NCBI RefSeq assembly: GCF_018350175.1
Contig: NC_058368.1
Coordinates: 88,910,001 to 88,974,000 of the forward strand
Source: Felis catus
Lineage: Eukaryota
DNA length: 64,000 bases
Reading direction: 5' to 3'
The position numbers were made by a program, and so were the translations under genes. Below are positions 1 to 11,308 of this stretch, one piece after another. Each line of letters starts with the position of its first letter. The stretch's first letter is position 1. The notes beneath the pieces were generated by a model. That model was not told the origin of the DNA and did no database searches. It worked only from the letters and a program-made list of their open reading frames with translations.

Positions 1-1159
1 TGTTTCTTTTTTACCGACATTTGGAGCCACACAGTGGATACAGTTCTTTACAGCAGGAGTAGGTTTCAGAAAAAGCAAGGAAGTGTCCCATTTTGCTCTG
101 ATCTTGTGGTCCAGTGCACAGACCACGTGTCCAGATTTTGTCAGTGCCACAGGCCCTTTCCATGGTAGTGTTCCACCAGTTGGGATAGTTACAGTGTAAG
201 CAGTATTTTACTCCCCATTTATGGTTCATCTGCTGGCTGTAATACAGAGGGAAGAATGTGCTGAAATGTATTAATTCCTGATTGATGGGCTGCCAGGGCA
301 TTGCCAGGGCTGCTGAAATCGTGGCTTGCCAGCCTGGCTCCTGGCAAGGCCGTGCCTGGGGAGTGACCACAGACAGCCTGTACACAGGCGTATGCGAATT
401 GCTGCAGAGGCCATGGCCATAAACCTCATTTTAGTCTTTGTGCGTGAAACCCAGAAGCTGGGCACTGGGGAGGGCCACACCCCAGTCTAGCTGTGAGCTG
501 GGTCAGAGGACTCCCAACTGGGGTGTAAGTAGCATGAAGACATGAGTGGGCTTTGGGAGTTGATGTGTCTGAATGACTGATCGAGGACCAAGAATGGAGA
601 GTGAAAGCAGCTTAGTCTTTTGTAAATGGCCCCAGCCGGCATTGCCTTGTTGGAGCTGTCAGTGAGAGCTGGAGTGTCCATCAGAGCAGCAAACTCTTCC
701 AGTTAGCCGGTACTTTCAGATCCTACATCATCTCCACAACAAAGGTATTTGGAACATGGCTTTCTGCAAGTGAATTTCTTGGCTTTTCGCTGTGTTATTA
801 CTGGTAAAGTGTGATGGCATCTTGTGCAAGTAACCTCCCATTTCACCATCCAACTCGGGGGGCACATGGGTGGCCTGCTGGTTCTCATTTAGCACCAGGA
901 CTCGCGCCTTCAAGCCCAGCCCCCCGCCAGACTGTGAGCCATGCATGTGAGGGCCGGGCCATATTCCGCCGCATCCCACTGCTCCCCTCACATGCCTGGC
1001 ACACCATCTGGGCTCAGTGGAGCTCGTGGCTTCTCAAGGGCTCTGACATCTTCTGTCAGGTGGTTTTTCAGAACCCATTTATCGTTTCCTTCACAGACGA
1101 TCTGTTGCCCATTACTGGTATCGCAGTGGGTATTTTAAACGTTGACAGTTGACCAGTTT

Positions 1160-1436
1160 ATAAAACAGGTGAATGCTGTACCTCATTATATGTTTTTGAA
1201 TGTGTTTATGGCTAGTGCTGTTGACCATTCTTTATGTTTTGAACTGATTTACTTTCATAAGTAACTTTCTTGGGTAGTTTTCAGCAGGCTTATATATATT
1301 TTCTCATTGCACAGTAATTTTTGGTAGAGTTTTCACAAATGCAGATGTTTCCCCAATTTGTTTTACTTTCTAATTCTTTTCCTACTTGACACCATTTAAA
1401 ATTTGTATATGGTGATGTAGACCAGTTTTCCTTATG
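1160..1436 (-). mobile_element. Very old L1 (L1M-type) fragment
   Basis: T-rich, degenerate sequence resembling the antisense of an L1 ORF2 3' region (e.g. gctagtgctgttgaccattctttatg, cagatgtttccccaatttgtttt). Recognised by eye only. Confidence 0.3.
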
Positions 1437-2404
1437 TCCCGGACTTTTCCTTGGGAGGATTTTTCTCACCTGTGCACACGAGCAGTCAGGAGTCTCTGGG
1501 GCTGACACTGCAATCTGGCTGTCATCATCACCCTGGGTGAGATGTCTGCTCATGTTTGGGTGACATTTCAGCATGGGGAGCACCCCACATGCACCCCTTG
1601 ACCCCCCTGGAGGTCGTGCACCCACACTTTCAGGAATGTGCAGTCTTGTGATGGTTAATCTTTCTTTCCATTTGGCTATATTATTAATAGTTTGAGTGAG
1701 ACAGCATTTTGCTGATTGATTTAAAGACCCATTTATCCTTCGAGGAATTATTTTTGACTTAATTAGGTTAAAGGGAGTAAATCAGTTTAATGGATTGATT
1801 TATAATCAGTTTGTGCTTTCAGATTATCATGACTCAGGCAAGCTTACTGTCTGTAAAAATGTCTGCCATCTGCCTTCTGAAGGATGGGAGTCTTTATGGT
1901 CCCCTGATGGCAACACAGCCCACGAAAGAAGGTAGCCTGCCCCTTTCTACTTGTGTTTCTTTGTGTCCCTAAATGCTGTGACTGTATGTGACTGAGCGCT
2001 TTCGTCCTGTGACCTGACGAGAGGTCCCCAGCACCTCTGGTGGCCACTGTGGGCTCTGAGGACACTGGGCCCCGGGGTCCTGGACCCTCACCTGTGTGTA
2101 TGTGGAGGGCGCGAGCATGCAGCATGGTTGGCTGTCTGTCCTCCCCCCCCTCCCTCTTCCTGGCTCCGCACCACTTCCCTGTGGACATCGGCAGCCTGTG
2201 TGCTCCTCAGACACTAACTGCCCTCATGGTCCTGGTCAGTGCCCCTCCTGTCCTGGTGCGTACGTTCTACTGTGGGGAGGCAGCACCGAGGCCGCGTCAC
2301 TGAGCCCTCTGAGTGGCCTCCCAGTGAGCTGAGCACCTCAGCCAGGCTCCCTTCTCTCCCCAGAGCTCCAGGGGACCGGCTGTTCCTCTGAATGGGGACA
2401 CAGA

Positions 2405-2720
2405 TGACTTCATACACTCAGCAGGCATCTGTGAAATGTCCTCTGTGTGCTGCGTCCTGGGTGTACAGTGATGGATTAGCGTCCTTTGTTGGGGAAGTCT
2501 TACCAGGTTAGATGGCGGACTGAGAGAACAACCTTGCGCAGCCAGCTTCCTAGTTCTCTGGAGCAGTCGGAAGGGAGTCGGGGAGGGCCTTGCAGGAGGC
2601 GGACGCTAGTGCCCAGGCTTGCGGGGGTATCTGCTGTAGTGAGCGAGGGGAGGGCAGTGTGAAGCCACAGAGCCGCGTGGGGACCTGTAGGTGGTTGTGC
2701 GGGCAGAGCGGATGGTGCGG
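2405..2720. mobile_element. Possible degenerate L2 remnant
   Basis: catactcagcaggcatctgtgaaatgtcctctgtgtgc...ggtgtacagtgatgg loosely resembles the L2 3' end. Weak. Confidence 0.2.
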
Positions 2721-3034
2721 GAGGCCATGGCGAAGATGGTGCAGGCAGGGTGCGTTGCAGCGGGCCTGTGCCAGCCTGGATAGCCAGTGTGCATTTCCTC
2801 CCTAGCTCTGGGCTCAGAGGCGCTACATCACCATGCGGCCATGGCAGAGAGCCTACAGATCGGGGCCTCTTACCCCAAGAGCACAAGGGCTCCTGCTCCC
2901 TCCTGGCATGCCTGCTTAGATGTGCGCTCCCCCAGGGCCCCTGGGTCCAAGCCCTGCAACATCCAAAACAAAGCACTGCAACAGGAACACCTAGATCTAC
3001 TGATTTCACTAGATAAAAACTCCCATGTCAATCA

Positions 3035-3341
3035 TGTTAGGATGTCCCTGAAAGGGGACGGCCATCTCGCCAGCACGACGGAAGAAACTGAAGGGTAACC
3101 AATCACCGAGCAACAGCACAACCTGGCACGAAAGAAAGACCCACCTGAACCTAAACCCGGAACTGCTGCAGCTAAAAAACCCTACCCCACCATACCCAGG
3201 CATGACTTCCCCGACTCCTCTCACTCCCTGAGTCACGGAACCTTACCCAGAACCTTAGTACCCAATAAAGCCTTAAACTGCAAAAAAATTCTTTTTGACT
3301 CTAACTCCTATCTTTACCCTTCCCAACTCCTGACACTAACA
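3035..3341 (+). repeat. 5' LTR of the ERV-Fc provirus (307 bp)
   Basis: TG...CA termini, CCAAT box, AATAAA near 3264, followed directly by the PBS. Matches 16703-17101. Confidence 0.95.
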
Positions 3342-3343
3342 TT

Positions 3344-3361
3344 TGGTGTCGAAACCTGGGA
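3344..3361 (+). promoter_or_regulatory. Primer-binding site, tRNA-Phe
   Basis: TGGTGTCGAAACCTGGGA vs canonical Phe PBS TGGTGCCGAAACCCGGGA (2 C>T changes), just after the LTR. Confidence 0.9.
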
Positions 3362-5016
3362 GAGGTGGTAGCTCTCCTCCCTCGGTTGAACCCCCCCCTC
3401 CTCACCAAGCCAGATGCCAACCACCCTACTCCCAAGAGCCTACAGGAGCTGGTAAGTAGGACAGACCCCTCCTTCCCCCCTCCAACTATGGCTGACACCC
3501 AGGAGAGACGTCTTGCAAGTCAGTCTCCTCTCCCCCGCATGCTGTAAGGCCCACACGCGGAAAGGCCCGCACGCCAATAGGCCCCTTATTGCAACGCGAG
3601 GGACGCCTCGCCTTGCCACACCAATGGGGAGTAACGAGTCTAAACCGACTGCATCTCTTACCCCCCTCCAAAGTCTGTTAAACTTCCAGCTCCTGGGCTT
3701 ACAAGGCGAACTTCGTGGTAACCGACTTGTCCGCCTTTGCACTGTAGTCTGGCCTCAAAACAAATTAGATAATGATTTTCAATGGCCGCCTGAGGGGTTT
3801 TTACAATACCAAATCTTAACCAATCTGGACAACTTCTGCCATCATCTGGGAAAATGGGGATAAATACCCTACATTATGGCCTTTTGGGACCTCAGGTCTC
3901 GCCCCCACGTTCCTCCCGCCCCTCTGAATGTGTGCTCCTTATCCGCCCACAACCCCCTAATGACCCCAGCTCACCAACTTCCCCGATCTCCGACCCGTTA
4001 GAGGATCTAGCCACGCCACCCACCAGCCCTCGCCCCCCTCCACACTCCAAACCTCCAGCCATCCCGCTCGCTTCCCATATCATCCCAAACTTGTGCTCAG
4101 GCCCCACCCAGTGAACAGACCCCAGTGGCCATCTTACCTCTCGTGAGGTAGCAGGACCTGAAGGCCTGGCTCACGTTCATGTCCCCTTCTCCCTCCAAGA
4201 CTTGTCCGCAATTGAAAAGCAACTAGGGTCATTCTCAGCAGACCCCACGCAATAAATTAAGGAATTCCAATACCTCACCCAAGCCTACAGTCTCACATGG
4301 CAAGACATTCATGTGATCCTCAAATCTACCCTCACCCCTGAGGAGAGGGAGCGCATCCGGGCCGCAGCCAGAGAGCATGCAGACCAAACCCACATGACTG
4401 ACCCACTATGCCCGTAGGTGCCGATGCTGTCCCGGTGGCCGATCCCAATTGGAACGACCAACACGCAGGCAATGGTCACCGGCGCCAGGACCAGATGATC
4501 CAATGCCTACTAGCAGGCATGAGGGCAACCTCAAACAAATCAGTAAATTTTAACAAACTTCAAGAAATAATACAAGACCCCCATGAAAACCCCGCAACCT
4601 TCCTTAGCTGGCTCACAGAGGCACTTACTCAATGTACCAGACTAGACCCTACCATCCCTGCCAGGGCCACGGTATTGGCCACCTATTTTATTTCCCAATC
4701 AGCCCCTGATATTCGAAAAAAACTAAAAAGGGCCGAAGACGGCCCTCAAACCCCTATGGTTGACCTGGTAAAGATGGCTTTTAAAGTTTTTTTTTTTTTC
4801 AATATATGAAATTTATTGTCAAATTGGTTTCCATACAACACCCAGTGCTCATCCCAAAAGGTGCCCTCCTCAGTACCCATCATCCACCTTCCAACCCTCC
4901 CACCCCCCATCAACCCTCAGTTTGTTCTCAGTTTTTAAGAGTCATGCTTTGGCTCTCTCCAACTCTAACCTCTTTTTTTTTTCCTTCATCTCCCCCATGG
5001 GTGTCTGTTAAGTTTC

Positions 5017-8000
5017 TCAGGATCCACATAAGAGTGAAAACATATGGTATCTGTCTTTCTCTGTATGGCTTATTTCACTTAGCATCACACTCTCCAGTTC
5101 CATCCACGTTGCTACAAAAGGCCATATTTTGTTCTTTCTATTTGCCACGTAGTACTCCATTGTGTATATAAACCACAATTTCTTTATCCATTCATCAGTT
5201 GATGGACATTTAGGCTCTTTCCATAATTTGGCTATTTGAGAGTACTGCTATGAACATTGGGGTACAAGTGGCCCTATGCATCAGTACTCCTGTATCCCTT
5301 GGGTAAATTCCTAGCAGTGCTATTGCTGGGTCATAGGGTAGGTCTATTTTGAATTTTCTGAGGAACCTCCACACTGCTTTCCAGAGCGGCTGCACCAATT
5401 TGCATTCCCACCAAGAGTGCAAGAGGGTTCCCGTTTCTCCACATCCTCGCCAGCATCTATAATATCCTGATTTGTTCATTTTGGCCACTCTGACTGGCGT
5501 GAGGTGATATGTGAGTGTGGTTTTGATTTATATTTCCCTGATGAGGAGTGATGTTGAGCTTCTTTTCATGTGCCTGTTGGCCATCTGGATGTCTTCTTTA
5601 GAGAAGTGTCTATTCATTTTTTCTGCCCATTTCTTCACTGAGTTGTTTTTCGGGTGTGGAGTTTGGTGAGCTCTTTATAGATTTTGGATACTAGTCCTTT
5701 GTCCAATATGTCATTTGCAAATATCTTTTCCCATTCCGTTGGTTGCCTTTTAGTTTTGTTGGTTGTTTCCTTTGCTGTGCAGAAGCTTTTTATCTTCATA
5801 AGGTCTCAGTAGTTCATTTTTGCTTCTAATTCCCTTGCCTTTGGGGATGTGTCGAGTAAGAGATTGCTACAGCTGAGGTCAGAGAGGTCTTTTCCTGCTT
5901 TCTCCTCTAGGGTTTTGAGGGTTTCCTGTCTCACATTCAGGTCCTTTATCCATTTTGAGTTTATTTTTGTGAATGGTATGAGAAAGTGGTCTAGTTTCAA
6001 CCTTCTGCATGTTGCTGTCCAGTTCTCCCAGCACCATTTGTTAAAGAGACCGTCTTTTTTCCATTGGATGTTCTTTCCTGCTTTGTCAAAGATTAGCTGG
6101 CCATACGTTTGTGGGTCTAGTTATGGGGTTTCTATTCTATTCCATTGGTCTATGTGTCTGTTTTTGTGCCAACACCATGCTGTCTTGATGATGACAGCTT
6201 TGTAGTGGAGGCTAAAGTCTGGGATTGTGATGCTTCCTGCTTTGGGCTTCTTCTTCAAAATTACTTTGACTATTCAGGGCCTTTTGTGGTTCCATATGAA
6301 TTTTAGGATTGCTTGTTCTAGTTTTGAGAAGAATGCTGGTGCAATTTTGATTAGGATTGCATTGAATGTGTAGATACCTTTGGGTAGTATTCGCATTTTG
6401 ACAATATTTATTCTTCCAATCCATGAGCAGGGAATGTCTTTCCATTTCTTTAAATCTTCTTCAATTACCTTCATAAGCTTTCTATAGTTTTCAGCATACA
6501 GATCCTTTACATCTTTTGTTAGATTTATTCCTAGGTATTTTATGCTTCTTGGTGCAATTGTGAATGGGATCAGTTTTTTTATTTGTCTTTCTGTTGCTTC
6601 ATTGTTAGTGTATAAGAATGCAACTGATTTCTGTACATTGATTTTGTATCCTGCAACTTTGCTGAATTCATGTATCAGTTCTAGCAGACTTTTGGTGGAG
6701 TCTATCGGATTTTCCATGTATAATATCATGTCATCTGCAAAAAGTGAAAGCTTGACTTCATCTTTGCCAATTTTGATGCCTTTCATTTCCTTTTGTTGTC
6801 TGATTGCTGATGCTAGAACTTCCAACACTATGTTAAACAACAGCGGTGAGAGTGGACATCCCTGTCGTGTTCTTGATCTCAGGGAAAAAGCTCTCAGTTT
6901 TTCCCCATTGAGGATGATGTTAGCTGTGGGCTTTTCATAAATGGCTTTTATGATGTTTAAGTATGTTCCTTCTATCCCGACTTTCTCGAGGGTTTTTATT
7001 AAGAAAGGGTGCTGAATTTTCACAAAGGCCTTTTCTGCATCGATTGACAGAATCATATGGTTCTTATCTTTTCTTTTCTTAATGTGATGTATCACATTGA
7101 TTGATTTGTGAATGTTGAACCAGCCCTGCATCCCAGGAATGAATCCCACTTGAACATGGTGAATAATTCTTTTTATATGCTGTTGAATTTGATTTGCTAG
7201 TATCTTATGGAGAATTTTTGCATCCATATTCATCAGGGATATTGGCCTGTAGTTCTCTTTTGTTACTGGGTCTCTGTCTGGTTTAGGAATCAAAGTAATA
7301 CTGGCTTCATAGAATGAGTCTGGAAGTTTTCCTTCCCTTTCTATTTCTTGGAATACCTTGAGAAGGATAGGTATTATCTCTGCTTTAAACGTCTGGTAGA
7401 ACTCCCCTGGGAAGCCATCTGGTCCTGGACTCTTATTTGTTGGGAGATTTTTGATGACTGATTCAATTTCTTCGCTGGTTATGGGTCTATTCAAGCTTTC
7501 TATTTCCTCCTGATTGAGTTTTGGAAGTGTGTGGGTGTTTAGGAATTTGTCCATTTATTCCAGGTTGTCCAGTTTGTTGGCATATAATTTTTCATAGTAT
7601 TCCCTGATAATTGCTTGTATCTCTGAGGGATTGGTTGTAATAATTCCATTTTCATTCATGATTGTATCTATTTGGGTCATCTCCCTTTTCTTTTTGAGAA
7701 GCCTGGCTAGAGGTTTGTCAATTTTGTTTATTTTTTCAAAAAACCAACTCTTGGTTTCGTTGATCTGCCCTACAGTTTTTTTAGATTCTATATTGTTTAT
7801 TTCTGCTCTGATCTTTATTATTTCTCTTCTTCTGCTGGGTTTAGGCTGCCTTTGCTGTTCTGCTTCTACTTCCTTTAGGTGTGCTGTTAGATTTTGTATT
7901 TGGGATTTTTTTTGTTTCTTGAGATAGGCCTGGATTGCAATGTATTTTCCTCTCAGGACTGCCTTCACTGCATCCCAAAGCGTTTGGATTATTGTATTTT

Positions 8001-9067
8001 CATTTTCATTTGTTTCCATATATTTTTTAATTTCTTCTCTAAATGCCTGGTTGACCCATTCATTCTTTTTTTTATAATATTTTTTTAACGTTTATTCATT
8101 TTTGAGACAGAGAGAGACGGAACATGAAAGGGGAGGGGCAGAGAGAGAGGGAGACACAGAATCGGTAGCAGGCTCCAGCCTCTGAGCCATCAGCCCGGAG
8201 CCTGACGCAGGGCTCGAACTCACGGACCGCGAGATCGTGACCTGAGCCAAAATCGGACGCTCAATCGACTTAGCCACCCAGGTGCCCCCCCTACCCACTC
8301 ATTCTTTACTGGGTGTTCTTTAACCTCCATGCTTTTGGAGGTTTTCCAGACTTTTTTCTGTGGTTGATTTCAAGATTCATAGCATTGTGGTCTGAAAGTA
8401 TGCATGGTATGATTTCAATTCTTGTATACTTATGAAGGGCTGTTTTGTGACCCAGTATGTGATCTATCTTGGAGAATGTTCCATGTGCACTCGAGAAGAA
8501 AGTATATTCTGTTGCTTTGGGATGCAGAGTTCTAAATATATCTGTCAAGTCCATCTGATCCAATGTATCATTCAAGACCCTTGTTTTTTTATTGACTGTA
8601 TGTCTAGATGATCTATCCATTTCTGTAAGTGGGGTGTTAAAGTCCCCTGCAATTACCACATTCTTATCAATAAGGTTGCTTATGTTTATGAGTAATTGTT
8701 TTATATATTTGGGGGCTCTGGTATTCGGTCCATAGACATTTATAATAGTTAGCTCTTCCTGATGGATAGACCCTGTAATTATTATATAATGCCCTTCTTC
8801 ATCTCTTGTTACAGCCTTTAATTTAAAGTCTAGTTTGTCTGATATAAGTATGGCTACTCCAGCTTTCTTTTGGCTTCCAGTAGCATGATAAATAGTTCTC
8901 CATCCCTCACTCTCAATCTAAAGGTGTCCTCAGGTCTAAAATGAGTCTCTTGTAGACAGCAAATAGATGAGTCTTCTTTTTTTTATCCATTCTGATACCA
9001 TATGTCTTTTGGTTGGTGCATTTAGTCCATTTACATTCAGTGTTATTATAGAAAGATTTAGAGTCAT
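5017..9067 (-). pseudogene. L1 ORF2 (endonuclease/reverse transcriptase), broken by stops, frameshifts and a SINE
   Basis: EN motifs AGDFNTPL and SDHN; RT motifs QGCPLSP and FADDMILY; C-terminal [20 protein letters not shown]. Confidence 0.95.
8069..8292 (-). mobile_element. CAN-SINE (SINEC_Fc-type) inserted in L1 ORF2
   Basis: tRNA-derived head, (CT)n region and A-rich tail on the minus strand. 15-bp TSD acccattcattcttt (8054-8068) / acccactcattcttt (8293-8307). Confidence 0.95.
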
Positions 9068-9117
9068 TGTAATGTCCTTAGGTTTAATGCTTGTAGCAAT
9101 GTGTCTGGTACTTTGTC

Positions 9118-10010
9118 TTACAGGATCCCCCTTCGGATTTCTTGTAGGGCTGGTTTAGTGGTGGCGAATTGTTTCAGTTTTTGTTTGTTTGGGAAGACCT
9201 TTATCTCTCCTTCTATTCTAAATGACAGACTTGCTGGATAAAGGATTCTTGGCTGCATATTTTTTCTGTTCATCACATAGAAGATCTCCTGCCATTCCTT
9301 TCTGGCCTGCCAAGTTTCAGTAGAGAGATCAGTCATGAGTCTTATCGCTCTCCCTTTGTATGTTAGGGCACGTTTATCCCTTGCTGCTTTCAGAATTTTC
9401 TCTTTATCCTTGTATTTTGCCAGTTTCACTATGATATGTCGTGCAGAAGATCAATTCAAGTTCCATCTGAAGGGAGTTTTCTGTGCCTCTTGGATTTCAA
9501 TGCCTTTTTCCGTCCCCAGGTCAGGGAAGTTCTCAGCTATTATTTCTTCAAGTACACCTTCAGCACCTTTCCCTCTCTCTTCCTCCTCTGGAATACCAAT
9601 TATGCATAGATTATTTCTCTCTAGTGTATCACTTAGTTCTCTAATTTTCCCCTCATACTCTTGGATTTTTTTATCTCTCTTTTTCTCAGATTCTTCTTTT
9701 TCCATAATTTTATCTTCTAGTTCACTTATTCTCTCCTCTGCCTCTTCAATCCGAGCCGTGGTTGTCTCCATTTTATTTTGCAGCGCATTTATAGCATTTT
9801 TTAGCTCCTCCTGGCTGTTCCTGAGTCCCTTGATCTCTGTAGCAAAAGCTTCTCTGCTGTCCTTTATACTGTTTTCAAGCCCAGCGATTAATTTTATGAC
9901 TATTATTCTAAATTCACTTTCTGTTATGTTGTTTAAATCGTTTTTGATCAGTTCATTAGCTGTCGTTATTTCCGGGACTTTTTTTTAGGGGAATTCTTCC
10001 ATTTCGTCAT
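9118..10010 (-). pseudogene. L1 ORF1, frameshifted
   Basis: Coiled coil ARIEEAEERISELEDK, RNNLCIIGIPE and QPRILYPASLSF motifs. Confidence 0.92.
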
Positions 10011-11308
10011 TTTGGATAGTCCCTGGAGTGGTGCAGGACTGCGGGGCACTTCTTCTGTGCTGTCTTGAATAACTTGTGTTTTTGGGCGGGGCCATAGTGA
10101 GACCTGATGTCTGCCCCCAGCCCACCGCTGGGGCCACAGTCAGACTGGTGTGTGCCTTCTCTTTCCCTCTCCTAGGGGCGGGATTCACTGTGGGGTGGCA
10201 TGGCCAGTCTGGGCTACTTACACACTGTCAGGCTTGTGGTGCTGGGGATCTGGTGTATTAGCTGGAGTGGATCGGCAAGGTGCACATGGGCGGAGGGGCA
10301 GGCTCAGCTCGCTTTCCCTTCAGAGATCCGCTTCAGGAGGGGCCCTGCAGCACCGGGAGGGAGTTAGACCCGCCAGATGGATGGATCCACAGAAGCACAG
10401 CGTTTGGTGTTTGCACGGTGCAAGCAAGTTCCCTGGCAGGAACTGGTTCCCTTTGGGATTTTGGTTGGGGGATGAGGAAGGGAGATGGCGCTGGCGAGCT
10501 CCTTTGTCCCTGCAAAGCTGCGCTCTGTTGTCCGGGGCTCAACAACTCTCCCTCCCTTTATCCTCCAGCCCCCCCGCTCTCCAAGCAGAGCTGTTAACTT
10601 ATAACCTTCCAGATGTTAAGTCCCGCTTGCTGTCAGGACACACTCTGGCGCCTCTGCTTTTGCAATCCAGACTCGGGGCCTCTGCTTTGCTGGCGGGCTG
10701 CCCCTCCACCCTGGCTCCCTCCTGCCAGTCCGTGTAGCGCGCACTGCCTCTCCGCCCTTCCTACCCTCTTCCGTGGACTTCTTGTCTATGCTTGCCTCTG
10801 GAGAATCCATTCTGCTAGTCTTCTGGCAATTTTCTGGGTTATTTAGGCAGGTGTGGGTGGAATCTAAGTAATCTGCAGGATGTGGTGAGCTCAGGGTCCT
10901 CCTACGCCGCCGTCTTCCCAGAAGACCCACCAAGTATCGGCTTTTAAAGTTTTTAATGGCAGAGAGGAAGCTCAAGAACAACAGCGACAGGCCTGTCTCC
11001 AACAAAAGGTACAATTATAAACCCAAGCCTTGGTAGCTGCCCTGAGGCCAGCTGCAGTAAAGCCCTCTGGTCCACGGCCCCCACCTCGGCCTTGTTTTAA
11101 ATGTGGCCAAGAAGGCCATTGGTCTCCTCAGTGTCCCCATCCCAAAAAGCCTGCCAGTCCATGCCCATTGTGCCAGCAAATGGGCCATTGGAAATCTGAT
11201 TGTCCTAACCCAAAGGGCAACAGACTCGTAACACCTCCACGTGGCAAGGCTTCACCTGGATTGGACTCTGCCTTCCAACTGTTGGAGATGGAGGATGACG
11301 ACTGATGA

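Larger units (their letters stand above)
4792..10938 (-). mobile_element. Full-length felid L1 (5'UTR-ORF1-ORF2-3'UTR-polyA)
   Basis: ORF1 and ORF2 homology. 16-bp TSD ggcttttaaagttttt at 4776-4791 and 10939-10954, at a TT/AAAA endonuclease site. Short poly(A); GC-rich 5'UTR. Confidence 0.97.
3623..11305 (+). pseudogene. gag: ERV-Fc gag, disrupted and split by the L1 at 4792-10938
   Basis: MGSNESK start; capsid motifs (QDPHENPATFL, YFISQSAPDIRKKLK). The frame MAFKVF|NGREEAQ is restored by removing the L1 and one TSD. Double zinc knuckle CFKCGQEGHWSPQC...CPLCQQMGHWKSDC. Several stops and frameshifts. Confidence 0.92.

Noticed and set aside
1..3030. Many short ORFs in GC-rich flank
   Set aside because: No recognisable domains and mostly non-ATG starts; the region looks intronic or intergenic.
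9335..10846. Plus-strand ORFs of 217 and 195 aa, and similar ORFs at 36540-37557
   Set aside because: They are antisense shadows of L1 ORF1 and the GC-rich 5'UTR, with no independent support.
4792..10938. Active L1
   Set aside because: ORF1 is frameshifted, and ORF2 has stops and a SINE insertion.
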